The notes below the pieces were generated by a model. It had not been told where the DNA came from. It worked only from the letters and a program-made list of their open reading frames with translations, and made no database searches. From an uncultured Candidatus Woesearchaeota archaeon (lineage in GTDB: Archaea; Nanobdellota; Nanobdellia; UBA10117), in assembly GCA_903864915.1 (NCBI GenBank), contig CAIPHS010000007.1:15146-79145 (forward strand): 64,000 nt of DNA. The letters are read 5' to 3'. Shown piece by piece: positions 47,227 to 55,694 of the stretch (position 1 is the first letter of the stretch; each line of letters begins with the position of its first letter). A program made the position numbers and the translations under genes.

Positions 47227-47568
47227 ATGACTGATTGGAGAGATATCGGGCACGAGTGCATGAAGCACAACGACTACCAGCACGCCATCATAGCCTATGC
47301 GAAAGCTGGTGAAACTAAACTACTCTACAATCTTGGAGATTATCTCATAAAAGAGAGTAATATTGATTTAGCTAAGGTTGCTTATCACTCTGCTCTAAAG
47401 TCAGAACCAGACGAAGTTCTTGAAAAAAAGTTAGAGTTGCTGTTGGATGAGGATGACAAGGTCAAAAACAACGGCCGCGACCCAATAACTCTCACACGCC
47501 TTGACACTTCGATAAATGTTATTCTCAAAATTCTTGACGAGCGCGATGGAATAAAGGAGGCCAGCTAA
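47227..47568 (+). CDS. TPR-like protein
   Basis: W..IG......DY..AI.AY.KAG and LYNLG......N.D.A..AY..AL repeats. Confidence 0.65.
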   Translation: MTDWRDIGHECMKHNDYQHAIIAYAKAGETKLLYNLGDYLIKESNIDLAKVAYHSALKSEPDEVLEKKLELLLDEDDKVKNNGRDPITLTRLDTSINVILKILDERDGIKEAS

Positions 47569-47572
47569 AATG
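47556..47572 (+). repeat. Junction motif GGAGGCCAGCTAAAATG (copy 1)
   Basis: Identical 17-mer at 48133-48149; near-identical copies at 51608, 52510 and 53225. Confidence 0.85.
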
Positions 47573-48145
47573 GTACTCGAAGATTTAATGCCTGTCTCTC
47601 GTGATGCTGAAAAATTAGCTCTGGCCAAGCAAGTGCAATCTCAAATAGATAGTATGTCTTATATCCCACATATTCTTAACCCAAAAGCAAAAGATACGAT
47701 GTATCGGTATCTAAGAAACGCTTTAGAAATTAAAAATGACCTGAGAGATGGAAAAAAGTACTCTAACTGTCTTGAAGGTGCTATTTATGCGGCATACCGC
47801 ATGTGGACTGAAGAGGGCATACAGCCAAGACTGTTAGTAATATACAACGATTTGGACCTTAAAGAATCTGCACATGCAGTTTGCATTTTTGAATGCGGTG
47901 GAAAATTTTACAGCGTTGGCCAGTCAAGACATCCAGAATTAAAGGGTAAATTAAAACCGTATGATTCTGTTGAAGAACTAGCTGATGTTTACAAGCAAGA
48001 ATTAACACTAAAAGGTTATCACCCTGTTGGGCACACCATCCGCAATCTCGATGTTAGCAAAAAAGAGATTGGACAGAAAGATACTGAATGCTGGCTAACC
48101 GGCAATGCAGAGAACCTGGTAACTGAAATATTGGAGGCCAGCTAA
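47570..48145 (+). CDS. Transglutaminase/papain-like fold protein
   Basis: NCLEGA.YAA (Cys), HAVCIF (His), SVGQSR.PEL. Confidence 0.65.
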   Translation: MVLEDLMPVSRDAEKLALAKQVQSQIDSMSYIPHILNPKAKDTMYRYLRNALEIKNDLRDGKKYSNCLEGAIYAAYRMWTEEGIQPRLLVIYNDLDLKESAHAVCIFECGGKFYSVGQSRHPELKGKLKPYDSVEELADVYKQELTLKGYHPVGHTIRNLDVSKKEIGQKDTECWLTGNAENLVTEILEAS

Positions 48146-48149
48146 AATG
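48133..48149 (+). repeat. Junction motif GGAGGCCAGCTAAAATG (copy 2)
   Basis: Exact match to 47556-47572. Confidence 0.85.
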
Positions 48150-48875
48150 ACAGTCAGCGGCCTTGAAGACAAGATAAATACTGCTAAGGATTTCCTTGTC
48201 AAGCTCGGCAAAGTCAGGAACCGTAAGTCTCTGACAGACCTAATTAATGATTATTTCAGCAACAGCACTTCGCAAAAAGCCATGCAGTCTGACATCCCTT
48301 ATGCAATTGCAAGGGTGATTGAAGCTTATGCAGATCTTAAGCCCGAAGAAAGAACAGTAAAACTAATAGTCATAGATGACCTAAACAAGCTTTACCTTGA
48401 TGTTATAAAGACAAAAAAATTCCTAGGAGTCAGCGCAGAAGATGTTGCCACGCAGGCAAGTGACGCCTACATTGTTTCGCGCAAGGAAGCCTTAACAGCC
48501 CTTGCAACTGAGGACTTGATGAGAGGCAATGCCCTTTCTGCAATAGAAAAATTCTGTGATGCTTACAAATCATCTAACCCTAAGCGCGAACAGTCAGCAA
48601 ATGACCTGAAAGCCGCTGTAATAGACTTCGAGAAAGACGGAGAAATAGGGATATTTATAAAAAAATACTGCCTTGCGGGCGGTAATGTTATCGATTATTT
48701 CAGCCAGGAGAAAAACAAGGAAATTCTCCAAAAGCTGCGCAAAGAAAGCGGCGATAATGTTGTTGAGGCTTGCCTGCACGACAATCAATTGGTGAATGGC
48801 AAAGCAACGCAATACTGGACAATCCAGCATGGGCTGGCCGACCAGCTTTACGAGCATCTGGAGGCTGCAAAATGA
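48147..48875 (+). CDS. Hypothetical protein
   Basis: Coupled at both ends by junction motifs. Confidence 0.75.
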   Translation: MTVSGLEDKINTAKDFLVKLGKVRNRKSLTDLINDYFSNSTSQKAMQSDIPYAIARVIEAYADLKPEERTVKLIVIDDLNKLYLDVIKTKKFLGVSAEDVATQASDAYIVSRKEALTALATEDLMRGNALSAIEKFCDAYKSSNPKREQSANDLKAAVIDFEKDGEIGIFIKKYCLAGGNVIDYFSQEKNKEILQKLRKESGDNVVEACLHDNQLVNGKATQYWTIQHGLADQLYEHLEAAK

Positions 48876-49105
48876 TGTCTTCCGAAGATGATTGCAAGGA
48901 AAGTTTTGTAATGCCTTCAAAGAAAGAAGGCATCAGCGTATGTGCCAACAGAGCGATGTGCATATACCAAAGCAAGGACTATGCCGATGCTGAAAAGCCG
49001 CTGGAAGTCAAATACTGGAATGGCCCGATATCATACTCTTCATTGCCAATCTGCAAGATCTACAGCCCAGCCATCCAAAATAGCAACGGGAACGGTGCAA
49101 AATGA
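48872..49105 (+). CDS. Small 4-Cys protein, paralog of 50564..50848
   Basis: CKESFVMPS..G..VC.....C.YQS...LPIC; ATGA overlaps on both sides. Confidence 0.65.
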   Translation: MMSSEDDCKESFVMPSKKEGISVCANRAMCIYQSKDYADAEKPLEVKYWNGPISYSSLPICKIYSPAIQNSNGNGAK

Positions 49106-50184
49106 AACATACAAATGGCTTAGAGAACATAGCATCCTGCGCCATAATTGTGCCTGCTTACAACAAAGCACCATACATAGACAGGACATTTGAAAATTTA
49201 TCTGCTCTTGCTAAGCAAGGCTACAAGACAATCATAGTTGATGATGCTTCTACTGATGGTACAAGATCAAAGATACAGCAATATGCTGCAGCTCATCCAG
49301 AAATTCAGGCACTATACATGCAATCCAACGGCAAGAAAGTTGGAGCGCAGAAATATGCCCTTGAAAACTTGCCTGAAGGAATAGACACTGTAATAATGCT
49401 TGACTCAGATTCTTTTATCAAAAACCCAGAAGCCATACCAAGAGTCATCAATGGACTAAATGCAGACAGGAAACTAGCTGGCGGCGTTTTCAAGCTTGAA
49501 CCTGAGGGAAAGGGCTTTTGGAAACAGTTCCAGGACGTAGAATACGCTATGGCTTCCGGCTTCAAGCGCTGGACTTCGCAAATTGGCAAGTTGAGATGCG
49601 CTGCTGGAGCTGGTGCAATTTACAAGAGAAAACCACTGGAAGCTGCCCTGAGAAGCCACACTGGCGAATTCATAGGTGATGATTTCGAATTAACAACTAT
49701 CGTGCAAGACAAAGGTCACAGCATGAGGTATATCCCAAAAGTGAAAGTTGGAACATATGTTCCTGAAACTTACAAGGAAAAAGTCCTGCAACTTGAAAAA
49801 TGGCTCCGTGGCGGTTGGCGCGTATGGGCTGACAAGACCAACGAGCTAACAAAGCAGCTTGCGAGCACAGACAGGCTTTCGCTTACACTGGGCCTGGAAC
49901 TTTTGGCTCCGGCTACATTAAGCTCAACAATATACGGAATTGCTAATGCTGCCCATAACCTGGGCTTCAGCAAGACATACTTAGCATCAATGGCTGGATG
50001 GTCAGCACTTAACGCAGGCATAGCAAAATACGGCGGAGCAGACAACAAGACAATCGCAAAAACTGTTGCATTCACGCCAGTCTGGCCAGTATATGCAATA
50101 ACCACATACCTGCCAGCGGCAATAATGGCTGCAGGCAAGCTGGCAAAAGACAGGCTGTTCAAGCGCAAGAAGGTGGCAACATGA
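49102..50184 (+). CDS. Family 2 glycosyltransferase (processive synthase-like)
   Basis: IVPAYN, VDDASTDGT, GK..AQ, LDSDS, GDD, QLEKW (QxxRW-like); hydrophobic C-terminus. Confidence 0.9.
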   Translation: MKHTNGLENIASCAIIVPAYNKAPYIDRTFENLSALAKQGYKTIIVDDASTDGTRSKIQQYAAAHPEIQALYMQSNGKKVGAQKYALENLPEGIDTVIMLDSDSFIKNPEAIPRVINGLNADRKLAGGVFKLEPEGKGFWKQFQDVEYAMASGFKRWTSQIGKLRCAAGAGAIYKRKPLEAALRSHTGEFIGDDFELTTIVQDKGHSMRYIPKVKVGTYVPETYKEKVLQLEKWLRGGWRVWADKTNELTKQLASTDRLSLTLGLELLAPATLSSTIYGIANAAHNLGFSKTYLASMAGWSALNAGIAKYGGADNKTIAKTVAFTPVWPVYAITTYLPAAIMAAGKLAKDRLFKRKKVAT

Positions 50185-50567
50185 AACCTACTTACTTCTG
50201 CGGCGTTATTGAAGATGAAAATGGCTGGAAATACATCTGCCCCATGTACAGAAAACTTGGCCCTGTTGCGATATGGATTGGGGAAGAAAAATCCCGCGAA
50301 GTAATCGATGACTTCGAAGACAATTTTACTAATTACAACGTAGAAACACTTCATGTTGACAAATCAAGGGTAAACAAATTCGGAATCATAGGATTTTCCA
50401 GAAACCCTAAAGCAAAACTTGAATTGCCAAAGAGAAATCTGGAAGAACTGATTAGCATGTTCGATGAAAGTGTTGCCCAGCAGGCAACAGGCCCAGACAT
50501 GCCGAGAAAATGGAAGATGCATTTCGAGGGCAGCGCAATAATCCAGGAGCCGAGGTACAAGACATGA
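50181..50567 (+). CDS. Hypothetical protein
   Basis: ATGA overlaps on both sides. Confidence 0.7.
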   Translation: MKPTYFCGVIEDENGWKYICPMYRKLGPVAIWIGEEKSREVIDDFEDNFTNYNVETLHVDKSRVNKFGIIGFSRNPKAKLELPKRNLEELISMFDESVAQQATGPDMPRKWKMHFEGSAIIQEPRYKT

Positions 50568-50848
50568 TACTTTTTGCAGAACAAAAGCCAACTGTGCGGA
50601 AGCAAAAGAAGCTTGCTAAGTCTGAACTAGAAAAAATCTGCGCGGAAGGCTATGCCGTTCCAAGCTTTAACACCTGGACTAACAAGCCAGGAACATTTTG
50701 CAGAAAAGAAATAGGAACATGCATGGGCCAGTCAACGGAAAATGACAAAATAGTATCCTATGGCGTTGTCATAGACGGCGAACACTACTGCCTACCTCTT
50801 TGCATGTTTGCACCAGATTATCACCAAAGCAAGGGAGCCAAAAAATGA
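50564..50848 (+). CDS. Small Cys-rich protein, paralog of 48872..49105
   Basis: CAEGYAVPS..GTFC......C.GQS...LPLC. Confidence 0.65.
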   Translation: MILFAEQKPTVRKQKKLAKSELEKICAEGYAVPSFNTWTNKPGTFCRKEIGTCMGQSTENDKIVSYGVVIDGEHYCLPLCMFAPDYHQSKGAKK

Positions 50849-51486
50849 CACCTTCTGAAGTAACAAGGCAGGATTTGGAAGCTCTAGTTAGCAAGGCTAA
50901 TGAGCTTGCCAAAGAAATGGGCTTGACTTTACACTTAGACCCATCAAAGATAAATCTTCAACCCGGCGATAATGTACATGGCAATTATAACGAAGATGAC
51001 AATAATATCACTCTAAATTACGACCAAAAAGGCATTTTTGACCAGGACTTAATCAAGATATTAGTACATGAAGGTACTCATGAAAAGTTCGATAAAGAAA
51101 TTGTCCCAAATTGTAAAAATTACATTACTAAATGCTATATTAGCGCGCTTTTTGATGAAAATCTGGCTTACGCAGTACAATTCTTTTTTGATGCTGAAAT
51201 CTATACTCAGGGATTAGGCTCAAAAAATCCCGAAGTATTCAGACAAACTAACTGCCATTACCCACAATTAGGATATGCAATAGCAAAAGCCTGCAAAAAT
51301 GGCATGAAGATGGATGAAATTTTTGACAAAGTAAAGACCATACAGCTTTCTGATGATCCAAAATATCCATCAGCTATTGTAGCCAAATTTATCAGAGATG
51401 ATTTAGGCATAAAGCTGACTGATGTTTTTGAAAAAGAAAATGCAAACAAATATGAGCGCTGTATTGCGGCGGAGGCTGCACAATGA
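50845..51486 (+). CDS. Zincin-like (HExxH) metallopeptidase
   Basis: G.Y.....ITL, ILVHEGTHE, DENLAYA. Confidence 0.7.
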   Translation: MTPSEVTRQDLEALVSKANELAKEMGLTLHLDPSKINLQPGDNVHGNYNEDDNNITLNYDQKGIFDQDLIKILVHEGTHEKFDKEIVPNCKNYITKCYISALFDENLAYAVQFFFDAEIYTQGLGSKNPEVFRQTNCHYPQLGYAIAKACKNGMKMDEIFDKVKTIQLSDDPKYPSAIVAKFIRDDLGIKLTDVFEKENANKYERCIAAEAAQ

Positions 51487-51620
51487 CAACCTTCAGGATT
51501 ACCAAGAGGATAGCCAAGCATGGCAAGCAGGCCATCATAGTTATTCCAAAGGTCCTGCAGCAGATGCTCAAGCCAAATACAATTGTCGAGCTGCAGATAA
51601 AGGTCCTGGAGGCCTGCTGA
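51483..51620 (+). CDS. 45-aa AbrB/MazE-like swapped-hairpin microprotein (not in ORF track)
   Basis: MTTFRITKRIAKHGKQAIIVIPKVLQQMLKPNTIVELQIKVLEAC*; bounded by junction motifs at both ends. Confidence 0.75.
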   Translation: MTTFRITKRIAKHGKQAIIVIPKVLQQMLKPNTIVELQIKVLEAC

Positions 51621-51624
51621 AATG
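51608..51624 (+). repeat. Junction motif variant GGAGGCCTGCTGAAATG
   Basis: 15/17 identical to copy 1. Confidence 0.75.
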
Positions 51625-52521
51625 ACAAAGAAAAAACAAAATAAGGATTTGGAAGAAATGATTGCTGAGCAAAGACCTTTAGATAAATTAGACCTGACAA
51701 TCAAATTACCCAATGATGTTTACCTAAATGTAAAAGACATATTAGAAAATAAAGCTGGATTTTTGTTATCAACAAGGTTGGGACAGCTTGAATATCGTCA
51801 ATTTAGATATGGATTAGGTAATGATGAGATAACATTCCCAGGTCAAACTTACTTAATGATGCCTCACCTGTTTAAAAACCCAAATAATCTGGAAGGCCAT
51901 AACTATAAAAAAATTCCGCCCTTTGACAACGGCGATTTAGCAAAAAAGATTGCACATAGTGATATTGTATTACTTATGAAATTGCCAGAAACAAAAGGCA
52001 ACAAACCATTCGTAGCTGCGTATTATTATCTAGGTCACGATTACAAATCAAGGCAGGCAATGGCAGCAAACATAATGTTTTTGAATGAGAAAGAATTTGG
52101 AGTTATTAGCAAGATTCTGAAAGACAATCCGGAATACGCACATGATATTTTCTATAAGATGCCAATACTGGCTGCCAAAAAATCTTTAGCAACTATGGAT
52201 GAGCAAACATTAAACCAAGTCTATAATGGTTATGGACATAGTGGAGCTAGCTTAGATGACAGAGCTGCACAGCTAGCCGCAATTTATTACGCAGATTACA
52301 AGGAATATGTATCCAAACTAAATCATGACTCAACTGCCGTAAATAAAATTCTTGACGACCCTAAGACGCCTGAATGGATGAAAGAAAGTTTAATGAAAAG
52401 TTATGGCGGCGTCAGGCCATCTATAGACAAAGGTTCACCAAGCCATAATAGAAAAATTACAGTAGTTGAATGGAAAGACGGCAAGCTGAATGTTTATGAG
52501 CAGAAGAAAGAGGGCAGCTGA
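51622..52521 (+). CDS. Hypothetical protein
   Basis: 299-aa ORF ending EGS in a junction motif. Confidence 0.75.
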   Translation: MTKKKQNKDLEEMIAEQRPLDKLDLTIKLPNDVYLNVKDILENKAGFLLSTRLGQLEYRQFRYGLGNDEITFPGQTYLMMPHLFKNPNNLEGHNYKKIPPFDNGDLAKKIAHSDIVLLMKLPETKGNKPFVAAYYYLGHDYKSRQAMAANIMFLNEKEFGVISKILKDNPEYAHDIFYKMPILAAKKSLATMDEQTLNQVYNGYGHSGASLDDRAAQLAAIYYADYKEYVSKLNHDSTAVNKILDDPKTPEWMKESLMKSYGGVRPSIDKGSPSHNRKITVVEWKDGKLNVYEQKKEGS

Positions 52522-52525
52522 AATG
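52510..52525 (+). repeat. Junction motif variant GAGGGCAGCTGAAATG
   Basis: 14/16 identical to copy 1. Confidence 0.7.
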
Positions 52526-53236
52526 GCACTTGAAGATCATATTCAAAAGGTGGGTACTAACCGAATAGAAATTACCAATATGACTGCTTTTGGTGCAGAG
52601 CTTACAAAAGCTCTATCTGAGTTATTTAACATAAAAGGGAATTACAAAATACCAATTTTAACAGAAGAGGAATATGCCGAACTTGAACCAGATCGTTGTA
52701 TGTACTGTTTAATTCGTTTCACCAGCTGTTTTGATGAGGATTTAAAATCCGTAATGCTTGTAAACACAGACAAACATAATCCGTGCGTATATGGTGAAGA
52801 ATTAACACACGGACTGGTATGTAATGCTAGACCAGGTACAGATTTGAGCGTAGATGAATTTTTTGGTTTTCTTGGACAGAAAGCAACATATAAAATACTA
52901 AGAAATTACCAGCCACAGTTGCACCTGCCATCATTAAACGATATCATAGACTGGTTCAATCGCAGCAAATGCAAATATGAACGTGATGAAATATATAAAA
53001 TTGATTTAGACCGCACAACAGGTGGTTTAGTGGCAGGCATAGCAGCCCCTGTTGCACTAGAAGATAAAAAACTGTTTAGCAGGTCTGACGAGGAAATAAA
53101 GCATATCTACTTTGAGCCGGTACTTAATTGTGATTGGCCAAAATATTGGGAAGGCAAGCCTGACTGGTGGCGTCTCGGAGAAAAGTGCGCAGAAATTAAC
53201 AGAGAGATAAAGAAGAGAATGCAAGAGGCCAGCTGA
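52523..53236 (+). CDS. Hypothetical protein with degenerate zincin-like motif
   Basis: GEELTHGL and VDEFFG motifs; start at ATG 52523. Confidence 0.65.
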   Translation: MALEDHIQKVGTNRIEITNMTAFGAELTKALSELFNIKGNYKIPILTEEEYAELEPDRCMYCLIRFTSCFDEDLKSVMLVNTDKHNPCVYGEELTHGLVCNARPGTDLSVDEFFGFLGQKATYKILRNYQPQLHLPSLNDIIDWFNRSKCKYERDEIYKIDLDRTTGGLVAGIAAPVALEDKKLFSRSDEEIKHIYFEPVLNCDWPKYWEGKPDWWRLGEKCAEINREIKKRMQEAS

Positions 53237-53240
53237 AATG
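53225..53240 (+). repeat. Junction motif variant GAGGCCAGCTGAAATG
   Basis: 15/16 identical to copy 1. Confidence 0.8.
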
Positions 53241-53711
53241 GCACGAAGGATGACGCCTGTTGAAGAGAAAGAAATCAAGGACTTGAGGCGGCAAAATCTG
53301 TCATACGCTGAAATAGCAAAGCTGACTGGATTTGGCAAAGAAGTAATCCGCTATCATACTGACGAGAAAACGCAATCAAATGCAAAGCATTACGCAAGCA
53401 AATATTTTAGCCAAGAAAAAATCAGATCCAAGGAAAACGCCAGGCAAAAAGCAATTCGTCATCTCGATTCCCACGTAGTAAATCTGCTTGCTTCATGCAG
53501 AAGCGACATGAATATCCCTGAAATGAGGAAAAGCCTCGAGGAAAGGCTGGGCATAAAATTCTCTGAATATTTTGAGAACAAGATTGACGTCATAGTCAAA
53601 GATTTCATCAAATTGGGCAAAAACTCCCCAGTAGTCTGCACTGAAAATTACCGTTATAGGATAAACAGGAATTCCCCATACTACAAGGCATATTTGGAAG
53701 GGAAAAACTAA
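53238..53711 (+). CDS. HTH protein, paralog of 53713..54174
   Basis: I.DLRRQNLSYAEIAKLTG HTH; C-terminal FENKI..DF..LGKNSP..YRIN. Confidence 0.75.
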   Translation: MARRMTPVEEKEIKDLRRQNLSYAEIAKLTGFGKEVIRYHTDEKTQSNAKHYASKYFSQEKIRSKENARQKAIRHLDSHVVNLLASCRSDMNIPEMRKSLEERLGIKFSEYFENKIDVIVKDFIKLGKNSPVVCTENYRYRINRNSPYYKAYLEGKN

Positions 53712-53712
53712 T

Positions 53713-54174
53713 ATGGCAAAGCTAATTGATGATACTTTGATGGAAAGGATACTAGAACTAAGGAAAGAAGGACTATCTGGCATAAAAATAGGTCGCACAT
53801 TGAACGTCAATGAAAAGAGAGTATACTATTACATGAATGCTGGAATGAGGCAGCACATAAGAGAAAGGATGGGCAATTACAATCACAAGTCAGAAGTCGA
53901 AAGGAAAAGAAAAGTCATAAACGATCTTCAGAACAGAATTATCGAAGCATTTGACGACGATTACATGTCAGCGTATCAGATTAGAACAAACATAGAAAAC
54001 AAATATAACCTAAGTCTTTCTGCTGACTTCGAAGATAAAATTGAAGAAGCGATAGTGGATTTCGCGAATGAACTTGGCAGAAACACACCAATAAAAATGT
54101 TAAGACCTTTTGGATATCGCATTAATACGAAATCAACTCATGCGCTCCTTTGTGGTGAGCCTGTTGAGGGCTAA
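53713..54174 (+). CDS. HTH protein, paralog of 53238..53711
   Basis: ILELRKEGLSG.KIGRTLNV HTH; FEDKI..DF...LGRNTP..YRIN. Confidence 0.75.
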   Translation: MAKLIDDTLMERILELRKEGLSGIKIGRTLNVNEKRVYYYMNAGMRQHIRERMGNYNHKSEVERKRKVINDLQNRIIEAFDDDYMSAYQIRTNIENKYNLSLSADFEDKIEEAIVDFANELGRNTPIKMLRPFGYRINTKSTHALLCGEPVEG

Positions 54175-54516
54175 ATGGTGATTGAAAACTTCCTTGGTAA
54201 TGCAAAAGTCATTGACGTACGTGATTTTCCGGGTTGGCTAGATGAATTCAGAGCATATGTTGCGAACTTGCCTGATGAAATCAGCAAGCTGAGACAAAGG
54301 GAAAGGGATGCCAGATACGCCCTTGAAATGAACGGCCTTTATGATGCTGTCGAGAACGTAACAGACCGTCAAAAGCGAGAAAGGCTTCAGGGCCTAGCCT
54401 TAATTCTTGGAGATTTGCACTTCAAGAGATGTGATGATAATAAAGCCTGGCAAAAATACGAAACATTCTTGGCAAAATACAAAGAACAGGTAGAAAAAGC
54501 AAAAGTTTATCTGTAA
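54175..54516 (+). CDS. Hypothetical protein (last gene of island)
   Basis: TAAATG junction; its 3' end overlaps the rps9 3' end. Confidence 0.65.
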   Translation: MVIENFLGNAKVIDVRDFPGWLDEFRAYVANLPDEISKLRQRERDARYALEMNGLYDAVENVTDRQKRERLQGLALILGDLHFKRCDDNKAWQKYETFLAKYKEQVEKAKVYL

Positions 54517-54917
54517 GACTTCTGCCTCTTGGCCCTTGCTCTTGAGTGTGTGCCTGCCTTCTTTGGTTCTTTCCTTCTTGTGTCTGCAACCATCAAGAAC
54601 CTGTCATAATCAATGAATGTCTTCTTCAGCTGGTCAGAGCCTGTGTAAACAACAAGTGCCTTTGCTATTGCAAGCCGGGCAGCTTCTGCCTGTGAGCTCC
54701 AGCCGCCGCCAACAACATTGATGTCTATGTTAACATCTGCAGCCATCGGGCCTGCTATCAGCAATGGTTCCCTTAATCGCAAGCGCGCAAACTCAGGCTC
54801 GTACAAATCAAGAGGTATTGAATTTATCTTAATTATACCGTTTCCAGGCCTTGCGGTAGCCCTTGCTACTGCTTCCTTCCTCTTGCCTGAAACGTGTACT
54901 ATTTTAGTAGCTGCCAT
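54507..54917 (-). CDS. rps9: 30S ribosomal protein S9
   Basis: SGKRK.AVARA, GGG..SQAEA.R, D.RRKEPKK, QKSYR. Confidence 0.97.
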   Translation of the reverse strand: MAATKIVHVSGKRKEAVARATARPGNGIIKINSIPLDLYEPEFARLRLREPLLIAGPMAADVNIDINVVGGGWSSQAEAARLAIAKALVVYTGSDQLKKTFIDYDRFLMVADTRRKEPKKAGTHSRARAKRQKSYR

Positions 54918-55344
54918 GTTGTTTCAATAACTGAGATATTTCTCCGACTGTGACATAAAAGTGGGATTTAAGCTTATCTGCAGTAATCTCTGCAAAAGTT
55001 TCAATCTTCTGCGTCTTGTATTCATCAGGCACCCCGAGGAAACATTTCACTCTTCCGAAAGCCTGCCTGCCCCTGCTATCCTCAGTCCATTTGGCGTGAG
55101 GCAGCATGCCCTTGATTACCGAACGAACTATCCTATCAGGCATTCTTTTCTTGAAAGGCCCCTTGAAAGGCTGTACTCTTTTTTCCCTCACCTGGAACTT
55201 CAACAATACAATGTGCTTCTTTCCAGATATGATAGCATTTTCACAATTAAGTATGACAATTTCTTCGCCCATCAAGGCCATCTTTGCAACTCTAGCTGCA
55301 AGCCTTCCGAGCACCAAATCCGTCGCATCTATTATCTTAACCAT
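54904..55344 (-). CDS. rpl13: 50S ribosomal protein L13
   Basis: IIDA...VLGRLA..VAK, GP.....PDRI, KGMLP; start MVKIID at 55344. Confidence 0.95.
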   Translation of the reverse strand: MVKIIDATDLVLGRLAARVAKMALMGEEIVILNCENAIISGKKHIVLLKFQVREKRVQPFKGPFKKRMPDRIVRSVIKGMLPHAKWTEDSRGRQAFGRVKCFLGVPDEYKTQKIETFAEITADKLKSHFYVTVGEISQLLKQHGSY

Positions 55345-55694
55345 TATCCAATCAACCTTATGCCAGTACCTTTCGGCTGTGCTTTTAATAATTCCTCGAT
55401 TGTCATTGTTTTTCCGCCGGCAGCCTTTATTTTTTCCTTGGCTGCTGCTGAAAAGTTCCAAGCAGCGACTGTGACCTTCTTGCTAAGCATGCCAGTTGAC
55501 AAAACTTTTCCTGGAACAAGCAAAACTTCATTGTTGTTTGCAACTCTTTGAATCCTTGACAGATTGACTTCGCGCCTTTTCCTTGTAACTCTTTCTAGTT
55601 CGTAAGCGACGCGCTTCCAAAGCTTTGCCTTCTGTGCTTTCAGCTGGGCAATCGTCTTCTGCATCACCATATTTGTTGGTCCTGTTCGTTTCAT
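55344..55694 (-). CDS. rpl18e: 50S ribosomal protein L18e
   Basis: LWKRVA..L, R.R.EVNLSRI, VPGKVL..G, AA..FS..A.EKI. Confidence 0.96.
   Translation of the reverse strand: MKRTGPTNMVMQKTIAQLKAQKAKLWKRVAYELERVTRKRREVNLSRIQRVANNNEVLLVPGKVLSTGMLSKKVTVAAWNFSAAAKEKIKAAGGKTMTIEELLKAQPKGTGIRLIG

Larger units (their letters stand above)
45629..54516 (+). other. Accessory gene island or cassette-like array of about 18 co-directional, translationally coupled genes
   Basis: All on the + strand inside a minus-strand housekeeping region; separates rps9 from rpoN; recurring junction motif; no integrase, transposase or capsid recognised. Confidence 0.8.

Noticed and set aside
51422-51625. 67-aa ORF from the track
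   Set aside because: Wrong frame; 51483..51620 has an SD, coupling at both ends and a recognisable fold.
45629-54516. Provirus interpretation of the island
   Set aside because: No capsid, terminase, portal, integrase or att duplication was recognised by eye. Not fully excluded without structure searches.
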